A DNA stretch of 63,525 nt, the filler included, from Octopus bimaculoides (taxonomy: Eukaryota), in the NCBI RefSeq assembly GCF_001194135.2. It is 5 parts of 4 records of this genome, joined end to end, with 100 filler letters (N's around TTAATTAATTAA, not from the genome) between each part and the next. Parts side by side here need not be neighbours in the genome. Positions count along the whole stretch, not along the records: positions 1 to 3,481 come from NC_068983.1; positions 3,582 to 34,438 come from NC_069007.1; 3 more parts are not named here. One strand, 5' to 3'. Below, piece after piece: positions 1-12,599 of the stretch (its first letter is position 1; every line of letters begins with the position of its first letter). A program made the position numbers and the translations under genes. Below the pieces are notes generated by a model. It saw only the letters and a list, made by a program, of their open reading frames with translations. It had not been told where the DNA came from and made no database searches.

Positions 1-699
1 ATATATATATATATATATATACATGTATATATACACACACATATATATATAGACATATCTACACACACATACATACATATGTATATATGATAAAAACAGA
101 CGAATGGGTTATCTGGTACTGCCACAATTGTTTCATTGAAAGTTTTTATTGTGACGTGCACATGGTACAGTCAGATGTGTAGTATGCGCAACATATATAA
201 TATTATGTATACGTTACGCAAGACTCAGCTCTTCAAATTTACTAAATATTCAACTGACATGGTGAGTATGTGAGCAATGAGCAGATCACTGAAAAGTGAA
301 ATGTCGAATCAGAATTATCAACATCTAGGAAATGCAAAGCAGGTGGGACTAAATGGTGAATTGCAAAATTAGGCTGTAAATTATAAAATAGTTAAAAAGA
401 TGTCAACAAATTTAGTGCCGTCATCCGTAAAACTGGTCCTGACAAAACATGCTTATATGCCAGCAGATAGCAAGCGCCATGCATGACATTTGACCAAATC
501 AAGACATTTTTAAACTCAGTTGCCGACATTTAAAATGTCATATTGTTTAGTACATCAAAGAAGTGATATGGTTAATAAAGTCAAGCTTACTTATTCATTT
601 ACTTAATTCCTATTGATTAAAGTATACCGGTTAATCATTGCAGCAAATCGATTAAAATCATATAGGTTAAGTAGATAGATCGGATCAGTAATAGCTATA

Positions 700-1135
700 A
701 TAATTAAAAATTATGGGGAGCATTAGGAAAATGCTCAAAGAATTTATAAGAATAATAAAGAACTATAAAGGTCACACGCGTTAAAAGAATTTATAATAGT
801 AGTAATAATAACGAATGTAATTCTTTTGGAATACTTGGGAGATTGAATAATGTTTATAATAATAGCTGTACGAATTATGGTAATGTAAATGTTGATGGAG
901 TGGCTAACGCACATAGCAACTCTACTGGTTATGGATGTGTAGCGGAAACTGATACGATTTATGTAAACCACAATATTCTTCTCCTGACGTTAACTACATT
1001 ATGTAATTGTAAAAGGAAATTTGAATGTCCTCATAGAAACAAATGCCTAGCCAGAAACATAATATGTAAATGTGATATTTAAGCTAATCTTCATACTTCC
1101 GCATACGTAGTTTCTACTTCTAATTTTAAATTAAA
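700..1135 (+). mobile_element. Penelope-like element fragment
   Basis: CNCKRKFECPHRNKCLARNIICKCDI resembles the Cys-rich linker preceding the PLE GIY-YIG domain. Confidence 0.6.
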
Positions 1136-1317
1136 AATACAAAATCATCTTCATACATTTAGAAGGAGATATGAAGCGAAAGCAACAGGTAGATAGATAA
1201 ATAAATAGATAGACAGATAGATAAATAGATGGATTGATAGATGAGTGGATAGATAGATGGATAGAGAGAGAGAGAGAACGAGAGAGAAAGAGAGAGAGAT
1301 GGATTGATAGCTGGGTG

Positions 1318-1395
<78 letters not shown>

Positions 1396-1636
1396 AACTG
1401 AGAGGAAATTGTGAACCACATATGAAGAAAATCAGTGTAAGAGGTTGAATGTGAGAAGAAAGGTGGGTGACAAAATTGGGGAGATGGAGAGATAGGGAGA
1501 GTATGAGAAAAAAAAGGGAATGAAAATAACTGTATAGATATATGAAATGAAAATGGGTATGGGTGTGGTTATTTAAGTATCTATGAGTGTGTGCGTGTAG
1601 TTTTGCGTGCATGTTTGTATGCATGCGTGTAAATGC

Positions 1637-1673
<37 letters not shown>

Positions 1674-1975
1674 AGAAAGAGAGAGAGAGAGAGGGGGAGA
1701 TTTTGTGTGTCTGTGCGTATGTAATGTGTGTGAGTGCATGCGGGCGTCTGTACATGCCCGTTTGCATGTGTGGATGCGTATATGCGTGCATGTATGTGTG
1801 TATGTATGTATATGTGTGCGTGTATGCAGGATTTCTGGCACGCATATGTCTCGTGCATTTCTGCATGTGTACGTACGAATGCATGCATGCGTGTGCATGT
1901 GCGTGCGTGAATGCGTATGCATGTACTTGCGTCTGTGTGTGTGTAGTTTGTAAACATTGAGAGCACCCAAATGAA

Positions 1976-2433
1976 GTGAAAAATGTCCATGCATCAGCGC
2001 CACCACTACAACCACCAACACCACCGCCACCACCACCACCGCCACNNNNNNNNNNNNNNNNNNNNNTACAACCACCATCACCCTCTCCATCAACACACCA
2101 CCACCACCACCACCACAACAACAACAGTTATCACCAGCACTATTATCAGCAATATCAACGCCATCATTCGTACAACCACCATCACCCTCTCCATCAACAC
2201 ACCACCACCACCACCACCACACTACCGTCGCCACCACTATCACCACCACCACCTCCACCATCACCATCACCACCATCACCACCAATACCATCACCAGCAC
2301 TATCATCACCGGTACCAACACCATCACCAGTAGAACAACCATCACCACCAACACTACTATCACTAACACCACTACTTTCACCATCACCACCACCACCATC
2401 ACCACCATCACCATTACCACCACCACCACCACC

Positions 2434-2467
<34 letters not shown>

Positions 2468-2500
2468 TCATCAGCAGCAGCAACAGCAGCAGCTACAGCA
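1976..2500. repeat. (CAC/CAT) trinucleotide low-complexity tract
   Basis: Direct reading; internal duplication of tacaaccaccatcaccctctccatcaacacacc. Confidence 0.9.
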
Positions 2501-2522
2501 GTCGCTACATTGACAAACAAAG

Positions 2523-2674
2523 ACCGGAAGTTCTCTGACAAATCGATGTTTCACTATAGTGTCAGGACGTGGAGACTTGCATTTTGCCTGAGAGCAACAA
2601 CAACGAAACAATGTGTGACTCCTCCGCGTGGTGCCAGACGGAAGGACTAGGCATCAAGTTGTTGCCATGGAGAC
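2523..2674. promoter_or_regulatory. Promoter-like island: ETS motif (accggaagt) and RFX X-box-like motif (GTTGCCATGGAGAC)
   Basis: Motifs at 2523-2531 and 2661-2674 in a GC-richer non-repetitive patch; no transcript evidence. Confidence 0.3.
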
Positions 2675-2946
2675 AATAGAGGGTTTAGAAAGAAGTGTTA
2701 GCTTTGAAGAAGCTTTGAAGAAGTTAACACCTACTTGAAAGCGTGAAGATGTTGGAACTACTCCATATGCTGCACGTTGCACCATTCTGCAACACTCGAA
2801 GAAAAAAGGAAGCAGTCACTACATATCACAATTACACATACATACATAACAGCGCGCACACACATATACATGAGTGAGTGCTACATGTATATGCATGTGT
2901 GTCTGTGTGTGTACATATACATACATATATATATATATATGTATTT

Positions 2947-3299
2947 ATTATTAATAAATTTCAGGGTAGCAAAAACATTATTTAGAAATTTTTTGCTACC
3001 AGTGGTCTAGCGTGAAGAAAAAAACTAGTCAATAGACTATATATTATTCATATAAATGCAGTGTACATTTAAACACATAAGAGATGGCCATGATAGGACA
3101 TCTAACCCGCTAGAAGGAATAGTTAAAATCCAAACCACTATTAGGGGTGATTTCGAAATCATCTCTTATGTGTTTAAATGTACACTGCATTTATATGAAT
3201 AATATATAGTCTATTGACTAGTTTTTTTCTTCACGCTAGACTACTGGTAGCAAAAAATTTCTAAATAATGTTTTTGCTGCCTTGAAATTTATTAATAAT
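2947..3299. repeat. Near-perfect palindrome: 140-bp arms, 73-bp spacer
   Basis: 2947-3086 is the reverse complement of 3160-3299 with about 3 mismatches. Confidence 0.95.
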
Positions 3300-3671
3300 T
3301 TTTTTGGCTAATTTTGAAAGAAAATCAGCATTTTTTTCTATTTGCTACCGATAAAAAAACTGCACTTGCGCGGTGGATTTGAAAAATTATAACATGTAAG
3401 AACGAGGCATGTTCTGCATTGCCTCGTATTTATATGTTAATCTTGGCTTTCCTGCTGATGATAGCAGCGCCTAGCAAATATNNNNNNNNNNNNNNNNNNN
3501 NNNNNNNNNNNNNNNNNNNNNNNNNTTAATTAATTAANNNNNNNNNNNNNNNNNNNNNNNNNNNNNNNNNNNNNNNNNNNNGATTCATTGTACATTAAGC
3601 TAAACCTTTTGTGTATATAGCTATATATATATATATAGCTATATATATATATTTTTTTCTTGCCTTTAACC

Positions 3672-4170
3672 CTCCTACGCGGTGTATAGGCCACTTATAA
3701 TTGAATTCCATGTTGCATAATTTCTTGCTTCTGTACTTATACTCTGCCATGAATGTCCCCCTTTCTCTAGTTCCTTGTGTGTTGATCTACGCCACGAGTT
3801 CTTAGGCCTACCCCTCTTTCTATATCCATCCGGATTCCACTGTAAAGCACTTTTCCCTACATTTGGTGTGTCCTTTGTAATTGTGCTACCAATCCACTTC
3901 CACTTTTCCTTTAATATTTGCTCCCTAATCGAAACTTGATTCGTTCTTTGCCATAGCTCCATATTGCTTATGTGTTTGGCCATCTAATTTTAAGTATACT
4001 ACGCAAACACCTGTTGATGAATGATTGTATTTGCTTATTTGACTTAACTGTTGTTCGCCATGTCTCAGCCTCATACAATAACACCGCTTCTATGTTAGTG
4101 TTAAAAATTCTTATTTTGTTCTTTATTGAAATTACACTTGCGCTCCATACTTTTTTAACAATATATTTTA
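3672..4170 (-). mobile_element. RTE-clade LINE 3' fragment
   Basis: ELWQRTNQ...KWKWIG...ALQWNPDGYRKRGRPKNSWRR typical of RTE ORF C-terminus. Confidence 0.85.
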
Positions 4171-4340
4171 TTTAGAAGCATTAACATATAGCTGAGTAGT
4201 GTTTGAAATGAGCATATGTCTCATACACATGTTTTAACATATCAACAACAACTGGTCACTGGGTATCTTTGATAATAACTCTGCACAAAAGTGGGATGGA
4301 GTATATATAGTTCTGCTCTCATAAAATAGCATCAACTGAG

Positions 4341-4431
4341 GAAATAGAAGGGCAAAGGAGGGCGAAATAGAAGGGCAAAGGAGGGCGAAATAGAAGGGCA
4401 AAGGAGGGTGAAATAGAAGAGTGAAGGAGGG
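4341..4431. repeat. 23-bp minisatellite x about 4 (gaaatagaagggcaaaggagggc)
   Basis: Direct reading. Confidence 0.9.
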
Positions 4432-4617
4432 ATGAGTGCTACGATGAGGAATTATGAGGATGGCTTGATGGGTAAAGATTGGGAAAAAAATGAAAACAAA
4501 TATTCCTATTGCCTGTTTCAGCTGAAATTAACAGATATTATACAGTAGTTATCTGATTAAATGGCTAAATATGAGACTGAGTTTTATATCAAACTGTAAC
4601 ATATGATTACAGTTACA

Positions 4618-4623
4618 TTTATT
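4618..4623 (-). terminator. Candidate polyadenylation signal AATAAA
   Basis: tttatt on the + strand just downstream of the candidate terminal exon; AT-rich context so weak alone. Confidence 0.3.
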
Positions 4624-4652
4624 GTTCAACAAAATTAGATAGTGGAGCTGGG

Positions 4653-4660
4653 TTATAATA
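4653..4660 (-). CDS. Candidate terminal coding exon (V-L-stop)
   Basis: atatttttcttggtctag|TA TTA TAA in phase 1; AATAAA about 30 nt past the stop. Confidence 0.4.
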
Positions 4661-4869
4661 CTAGACCAAGAAAAATATAGTAAATCAATAATATAGTGCC
4701 ACAGAATTAAAAAGGAATAGAAATATTTCATCTTGTAGTTCTTAGTTATTTTGAAAAATTAATATTAAAACAATGCTGATGAGGTTAGTAATATTTCATC
4801 AAAAACGAACACAAACATTGAAAAAAGAAATGCATTTCCAAAATAAATTAATTAGAAAAGTATACATAC

Positions 4870-4899
4870 CAGATACACTATGGACTGTACCAAAATAGT
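4870..4899 (-). CDS. 30-nt micro-exon (phase 1-1)
   Basis: ctgtgtttacttctag|ACTATTTTGG...GTATCTG|gtatgt; DYFGTVHSVS. Confidence 0.65.
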
Positions 4900-5303
4900 C
4901 TAGAAGTAAACACAGAAAGGAACAAAATAGTCCAGAAGTGAATACAGAAACAAAATACAACAATTCTTCCAATATACACCTATTTTTAGAACTAGTTGAT
5001 TTATTCTTTTCATGTTTATATCAATCAACAAAGATTATTTTAAATGGGTTATTTATTTTAATTAATATTTAGAATATTAGTAAACATCAGAAAACTTAGT
5101 GAAAATTTTAAGTTAGAGTATATCATAAAACCAAAGTATTTTGGGGATGTTTAATATAGAGAGAAAATCTAATCCTTTATTTTTTTGTTTCTTTTCAATA
5201 TATTAAAAATTAAAAATATAAAGATTATTTGAATATTTAAAGAAATAGTTAATAATTTAAAAAAGTTTACCTATTTAGATATTTTAAAAGAGTTTATATA
5301 TCT

Positions 5304-5340
<37 letters not shown>

Positions 5341-6312
5341 TTTATATATTTATACACATACATTATATATACACACACACACATTTATANNNNNNNNNNN
5401 NNNNNNNNNNNNNNNNNNNNNNNNNNNNNNNNNNNNNNNNNNNNNNNNNNNNNNNNNNNNNNNNNNNNNNNNNNNNNNNNNNNNNNNNNNNNNNNNNNNN
5501 NNNNNNNNNNNNNNNNNNNNNNNNNNNNNNNNNNNNNNNNNNNNNNNNNNNNNNNNNNNNNNNNNNNNNNNNNNNNNNNNNNNNNNNNNNNNNNNNNNNN
5601 NNNNNNNNNNNNNNNNNNNNNNNNNNNNNNNNNNNNNNNNNNNNNNNNNNNNNNNNNNNNNNNNNNNNNNNNNNNNNNNNNNNNNNNNNNNNNNNNNNNN
5701 NNNNNNNNNNNNNNNNNNNNNNNNNNNNNNNNNNNNNNNNNNNNNNNNNNNNNNNNNNNNNNNNNNNNNNNNNNNNNNNNNNNNNNNNNNNNNNNNNNNN
5801 NNNNNNNNNNNNNNNNNNNNNNNNNNNNNNNNNNNNNNNNNNNNNNNNNNNNNNNNNNNNNNNNNNNNNNNNNNNNNNNNNNNNNNNNNNNNNNNNNNNN
5901 NNNNNNNNNNNNNNNNNNNNNNNNNNNNNNNNNNNNNNNNNNNNNNNNNNNNNNNNNNNNNNNNNNNNNNNNNNNNNNNNNNNNNNNNNNNNNNNNNNNN
6001 NNNNNNNNNNNNATATATGTATTTATGTATGTGTATATATATGTGTAATAGTTTAATAAATTTTGATTCTTATGTATTAAAATAAGTATTTAGTAAGTCG
6101 GTATTTTCTTATCAATCACTCAACAGAAATTGGTAAACAGTGTGTATAGTTTCAATAGCATGGTTTATTTTTAAAATTTTATTTTATCTTAAAGAAAAAG
6201 TAGATGATAAAATGAATGGTGAAACATATTGACCGATGGCGATGGCGATCATACATTTCACTGCTGGAAAAAAAGACTGAACATGATTAAGTAAGTTAAT
6301 ATCTATTTTTAA

Positions 6313-7100
6313 CTATTGTAGATTAAATCTTGTTGAATGGAGGCAATTCCAGAGAGATGAGTCATTAGCAAAATGTTCTGTAGGAATTGTAGGAAGGGAA
6401 ACACAACTATGAATGCTTAAATGATGACATGTGTGTATGGAAAACCTGAGGAAAGAAAGTGTGAAACAGCAATGGTTATAGTGACAATAGCAGTTAAAAT
6501 AGAGGATGAAATTGGTCAAAAGTTTACCTACCAATTTTTCCTCAAATTCTGTCCAATGTGGTTGGCAGGATTAGAGGGTTGCTTTCTTGGAAATGGGACA
6601 CACTGTTGTGTGTATACAAAAATCAGGATAGATTTTGGTGGAAAATGAAAGACTGAAGAGTTTAGTGAGTATAGGAGCATGTTCTGTGTTGCAATATTTG
6701 AGTTTAATGGGAAGTACCTCATCAGAGTTGGTGGCGTTGTTAATCTCAAGAAACCATTGGTATTTTCAAACTTGACACATGTGTTTGCAATATGATAAGC
6801 CTGGTGGTGAAAGGTGATAAATTTGGAAATTTGCCAGAGGTGTGTAGTGTGGAGTTGGACAGAAAATGGACAGCAAAGATGAAAGCTTTCTTTTTTTAGG
6901 AAAGCTGTCTATGGAACTATTATTGTTATTGAGAAGTGTAGAAAGAGAGAATTCTGTGAAGCTGGTGAGGATTTGTTTTTAAGCGAGGAACCAGAAGAAC
7001 CAACTAGAGAGACAGAAAAGCTTGAGGGCAACACATGGTATTATAAGCTTTGTTTCTGCCTGCACTGAGTGGGGAAACTGGGAACATTGAATCAATCGGA
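6313..7100 (-). mobile_element. Highly decayed CR1/L2/Jockey-like LINE remnant
   Basis: C-terminal ...HFANDSSLWNCLHSTRFNLQ resembles the RTSxLWNxLP tail; no intact ORF. Confidence 0.35.
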
Positions 7101-8338
7101 AATACTTTAATGAAGGTATTTGAAATATCTATTGTATCCTATAACTTTCTTCAAACCCTTAGGAGAAAATATTTCCCTTACATAAACCAACATCAGTGAA
7201 CACATATTCTTCCCTGCCATGCCTTCTGTATCTATCACTGACCATTACATTCCATGGTTAACACTCTATCACCTGCATAATGATGACACATCTCATTTTA
7301 TCTCACCATCATAATTTAGTTGCTTTCTATTTTATTGGGAGACTGAAATCTATTTTTATCATTTAGATCACTAACCAACAGGCATTTAGCTTTTCTTCGT
7401 TTTTTTCTGGTAACTATGACCAAAGAAAAAATTCTTCACTGCTTTTCAGATAACATTCAAAAGTGGAAAATCACAACTAGTTGAATCATTACAATGCCAC
7501 TTATGCCACCTAGGCTGGACTCAGTTAACTGATAATAGAAAGTAGAAAAGAAACCTAGTGTTGGGGAAAAACTAGTGTGAAAGGACAAGAATATGAATAA
7601 AGAAGAAACATGCGGGCAGTGAAATCACAAAACTCAGAGTTTTGATACAAGGAAGTTGTGAAAAACCTATTAAACTGAATTCTTTTTATTATTGATAAAA
7701 ATGTTTGAAATAACGTAAATTACTCTGTGGTGTAGAAGTTAAGTTATACCATTTAATTTAAATGTAATTGGACAGAAATGAAATGGAATATTCATAATTT
7801 CTTGCATTAGCATATCTGAGAATTTTAGGAGATGAGGAAAAAGGAAAATGCAGCATTCAAGTTTTTCTTAAAATATCATGTCATTGTGGGGAGAAAAGCC
7901 AATATTATACACCTTTTAAACCTTCTTATTCAGGTAACCATGAGTAATAGGGATAAAGTTGACGATGGATGTGAATTGCTGATAGTTGATGATTGGAAAG
8001 TGACAGAGTTGAGAGGAATGTGATTCTAAGGAAGAAAGATTTATCCAAGCGTTTTGTATGAGATCTGAAAAGGAGAAGAAAGTGGTAAATGAAGTAGGCT
8101 TGTAAGAAGATGGAATGGAAATAAAGCCATTTTATGAACTCTCAAAAGAAATTTTCAGTGGATGAATGCACTTGCGACTGAGATTAGCATCGAGTAAATA
8201 GAAAGAGTGTAATGGATGAGATTTATCTAATCTATAAAGTTGAAGTTTAAAAGGAAAATAAAGAATAAAACGTTTATGTCTATATGTTTAATTTACTTTT
8301 AATCACATGAATTTTTATTGCATGAAATGGTTCCATAC

Positions 8339-8371
8339 CTTGGTAAGGTGTTTCAAAATCAACAGGAATAA
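8339..8371 (-). CDS. 33-nt micro-exon (phase 1-1)
   Basis: gattatttttttag|TTATTCCTG...TACCAAG|gtatgg; VIPVDFETPYQ, shares TPY with array exons. Confidence 0.65.
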
Positions 8372-9042
8372 CTAAAAAAATAATCAATGGAAAGTTGAAC
8401 ATTATTCTCTTTATCTTCAGTTTCAAATTAATCAATTGGCAACATGGCAGTTTGATTTATTTATCCATTTTTAAAAAATATATTTAGAAAATTTTTTAAA
8501 TTTTATATGATTGCATTACTTTAGTAAAATTGAATAAAAATTAACAATTACTAATTTTAAAATTTTAAATCGTTAAAATATTAATTTATAGATCACCAAT
8601 ATTCTCAATGTTAAATCATTTCTGCAAGTTGAATATTATTTCTTTTAAATTATTGAGGACATACTGAGATTTTCTTTAAATTAGGTTTATCAAGGTTTAT
8701 AAATATTTTTTTTTCTCTAATAATTATAATTTTGCTGGTAACAGAGAGGTTTGTCATTTTATGATATTTTTGTTTAATATGTTGATATTTTCATTGCAGA
8801 GATGACATTTTTATAAGCTACTTAATATAGAAACGAAGTTCCTTCTTATTAATGTACTTGTTAAATTATTTAAATGTAAGGCCTTTTGAACAATAATTAA
8901 TTACAAGTACTTTTTCCTAAAAAATGTATGATTTTAAATCAAAAGGAAATTGAACTTAAAATATATTTAAATTGTCAGGTTAAGTGAAAAAGAGTAAACA
9001 AAAAGATGAAAATAGCATTCTGGTGATAGAAAGAGAGTGTCA

Positions 9043-10300
9043 TGAGGGTGGGCTGACAAGTTCATAGGTTGACTATGAAGGAGTGAAATCTTACATAGAT
9101 TAATTCCAACCCTTATTAATAACTGTATTGTTTCTTTTCACATAAACTGACATCTCACTGTTCAAAGAAGACTTCAAAAGTAACTTGTAGTGCCTTCTCT
9201 TGAAAATGGAGAAAATTTGGCATTGTGGTGTTATCAAGTACCTACAGATAAAGGGTTTAGCCTCCAACGACATTCATACCGACATTAGGAGATGATGCTC
9301 CAGCTTTATCAACAGAACACAAGTAAGCAGCTGAATTTAGAAGGGGGAGAGAGAGTCTTGAAGATGATTCAAGATCTGGACGTCCTGCAGCTGTCCCCAC
9401 CAAGGAAAACATTGATCATGTTCACCACATTGTGATGGACAACAGGCGATTGACTATAAATCAAATAGCCAATACTATTAGCATATCCCATGAGAGGGTT
9501 GAGAATATTCTGCACTATGAACTTAGCATGACAGAAGAAAATCTGACATTGCTTGAAGCAGATCCAGTGGGTTTCCTAGAACATTTTCTCAGCCAGGATG
9601 AGTGTTGACCTCATCACTTTGAGCCAGAGACAAAGGCAATCTATTCAGTGAAAACATGTCTCTTCACCTGCTCCAAAGAAGGCCAATGTTGCTTCATCAC
9701 CAGGAAAGTTGATGGCTTCAGTGTTTTGGGATGCAAAAGCATTGTTTTTATGGACTATCTTCAAAGGAGTCACACCATCAACTGAGAGTATTATGCCAGC
9801 TTGCTGAGGTAGTTACAAAAGGCTATCAAGACCAAACGCCCTAGAATACTGACAAAAGTGGTCTTGTTTCATCGTGATAATCCTCTGGAACACAAGTCCT
9901 AGGTTTTAATGGCTGCTGTGCATAACAGGAATTAAAGTTTTTAGTTGACTAGCAACTATTTATGGTTCTCCTATTAAATATACCTCTCCTATATAATGAT
10001 CATCAGAATTTATCTTCTTATTTACTACAGGTCCCTATTCTTTTGGTTTGCTCCCCTCTGACTATTATCTCTCCCCCAGATAACATTTGGCTGAGAAGTG
10101 ATGATGACATCATGTCTGCTGTTGATGACTTTTTTTGAGTAAGAGGTTGAAAGCATCTTCATTAATGAGATCCAAGCACTGCAACACTGATGGAAGAAGT
10201 GTGTGGACTGCAAGGGGGACTATGTTGAAAAGAAAAACCTCATTTGGTCACATTGTGTGTGAGTATCTTGGTAAGCCTATGAACTTCTCAGCTGACACTC
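9043..10300 (+). mobile_element. Decayed mariner transposon with imperfect TIRs
   Basis: Ends gagggtgggctgacaagttcatagg / cctatgaacttctcagctgacactc; remnants DNRRLTINQIA, FLSQDE.*.HHFEPETK, FHRDN, LLPSDYYL with stops and frameshifts. Confidence 0.88.
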
Positions 10301-11054
10301 CCACATCGTTTATGGTTAATATTGGAAACATGAAGTAAAATGCAAGAAGATTAATTTATATTTGCTTAAAAGCATAACACTATAACTGCTCTAGAATTTC
10401 AATATACAATTTTGAATTTAAACCATTTATTATTTAGTATCCTAACCTAACATAATTTATTTTTAATGTGTAGAATTTTGAACAATTCAATGCAGAATTA
10501 GCTTACTTGCTGAAGCCTCAGAAAATACTTAACTCTTCTAGCCCACTCCACCTAGCTTTACACTGGTATTTCAACTTGTAAACTTAATTCAGCTCTGGCA
10601 TGTATGCCTCAGAAACAATTTATCATTAATTTGTGCAATTTTTAACTTAGTATACAAAGCAAAAATCTTCTTATTGTTTCGGTAATTAAAACTACTACAA
10701 TGTCTCTTCACTTGTCGGGCTTTATTTCCATTGAGATTTCAACCCCCAATCAGTCAAAATATATTTTCATAAATAGTCTATCATAATGTTGAGAAGGTAT
10801 ATAATCTTATAATTTAAGATGAAAGAGGCATTTGTGAGGTTTACCTCTTCATCAAAAACAATCTTAGTGGAAGCAAAGTGAATCAAATTCAAAGAAGAAT
10901 AAAAACCACATTGCAAACCTAGATTTCTTTTAGTGTATTTCTTGCTTTATTAGACGTAGTAAAATATTAGAATATATCAAAAGAAAATGATTCAGCTCTT
11001 TATTTTGATCTACCGTAACCCAATAAATATACATACCCATTAATATGTACATAC

Positions 11055-11184
11055 CTTTCTTGAAGCAACCTTTCAGGGACAAAGTGATTTTCATGTTTTT
11101 ATAACTTGAAGGTTTAAATTTAATTAAAATCCCTCTGGCTTTTGTTCCACTTGGAATAGAAGTACTTGCATTAGCATGACGGGT
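11055..11184 (-). CDS. Exon B3, C-terminal part of module 3 (130 nt, phase 0-1)
   Basis: ggctttgcag|ACCCGTCAT...AAGAAAG|gtatgt; TRHANASTSIPSGTKARGILIKFKPSSYKNMKITLSLKGCFKK; aligns with B1/B2. Confidence 0.85.
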
Positions 11185-11634
11185 CTGCAAAGCCATAACA
11201 AATCTATTATTCTCAATGTAAACAAATAAATATAGTTTTCAATTTTCAATAAAATATAATACCTTTAGAAAACAATATTCTGAGCCATGGAACTGGTTGT
11301 TGTTAATTTTTAAAAATTTGTTATGATCTGGAGTTTCCTAATGGCTATTGACTGTGAATTCCATGTTTTGGTGTCAAAAAATTCTAAAGAACTTATATAA
11401 AGAATGTTTACTATAAACCAGGAGAGAGATGATATGTATGTTATATATTCTGTGCAGCAATAGGAAAAGTCAGCAATTTTCAAAATACACATAAGATATA
11501 TATCATATATTTACAAAATTTTTTTGAAAAATATCACATTTCTCACTAATAGCATCAATAAGCCAATGATAAAACCTTTTCTGGTCTCTTGATCAGTTAG
11601 AAATAGCAGCCAAATTCTCTCAAATACACTGTAT

Positions 11635-11945
11635 TGACCTTAATAATAATAACAACATCAAAAAAATACCTTAGGAATGAGAACCCAGGTTCAAAATTTC
11701 CTCAAGACACCTGATGAAGGCTCGAGGGTATATCAGCCAAAACATTGAGTTAACAACAAACAAGATGAGTACAAATATCTGTCAAATGAGTGGCTGTGTG
11801 ATAAGTAGCTTGCTTACCAACCACATGGTTCCGGGTTCAGTCCCACTGTGTGGCACCTTGGGAAAGTGTCTTCTACTATAGCCTCGGGCTGACCAAAGCC
11901 TTGTGAGTGGATTTGGTAGACGGAAACTGAAAGAAGCCCGTCGTA

Positions 11946-12014
<69 letters not shown>

Positions 12015-12291
12015 ATATGTTTGTGTGTCTGTGTTTGTCCTCCCCCCACCAACATCGCTTGACAACTGATGCTGGTATGTTTACGTCCCTGTAATTTAGT
12101 GATTCGGCAAAAGAGACCGATAGAATAAGTACTAGGCTTCCAAAGAATAAGTCCTGGGGTCGATTTGCTCAACTAAAGGCGGTGCTCCAGCATGGCCACA
12201 GTCAAATGACTGAAACAAGTAAAAGAGTAAAAGAGAATGTAACAATGTAAATAATGTACATAATTCCTCATCTCCTAAATATAGAACTGTA
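11635..12291 (+). mobile_element. 5'-truncated repeat with hammerhead-like motif, interrupted by a SINE
   Basis: Homologous to the reverse complement of about 54985-55222; gacac-CTGATGA-aggct...agcc at 11706-11738. Confidence 0.7.
11788..12235 (+). mobile_element. tRNA-derived SINE, family 1
   Basis: gagtggctgtgtg..aagtagcttgc...ggttcagtccc head, internal (TA)n, aaaagagt tail; paralogs at 14911, 29041, 43523, 47797. Confidence 0.9.
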
Positions 12292-12599
12292 TCAAATTAT
12301 CAAATTCAAATAAACTCAATTATATATTCATTATCATTCTGATAAAGCAATTTTCTTCAAGTCCATGAATACAACTCCTTTAAATTTAATTGTCCATAAA
12401 TGAAATTTTTTTTTCATTAAGAAAATAATCTCTTTAGCTTCTTTAAACATGGAAAGAATAATGAAATATGCTTTCTAGCAATTAACACAGTTCAACTTGA
12501 TTAACTTAAAATTCAACATTTAGCACAGTTCACGAATCTTTCTTTTCATGGAGCGCTTCTTTAATTCAACAGTTCTGGCATGTTGATTTTTCATCCGGA

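Noticed and set aside
1581-2650. Long His/Pro/Val-rich ORFs
   Set aside because: Produced by CAC/CAT repeats that are open in several frames on both strands and span an N gap.
3526-3537. TTAATTAATTAA islands within gaps
   Set aside because: Scaffolding linker, not biological sequence.
6200-6296. Plus-strand exon-like segment ending TTAA|gtaagt
   Set aside because: Stops in all frames, no recognisable protein and no partner exons.
7493-7528. 36-nt AG/GT segment with strong pyrimidine tract (LTESSLGGISGI)
   Set aside because: Stop in phase 1, so incompatible with the gene's phase; donor weak.
10845-10918. Possible fourth module start (GLQCGFYSSLNLIHFASTKIVFDEE, sharing C...TKIV with A3)
   Set aside because: Acceptor lacks a pyrimidine tract, it ends in phase 0, and no open phase-0 partner exon was found downstream.
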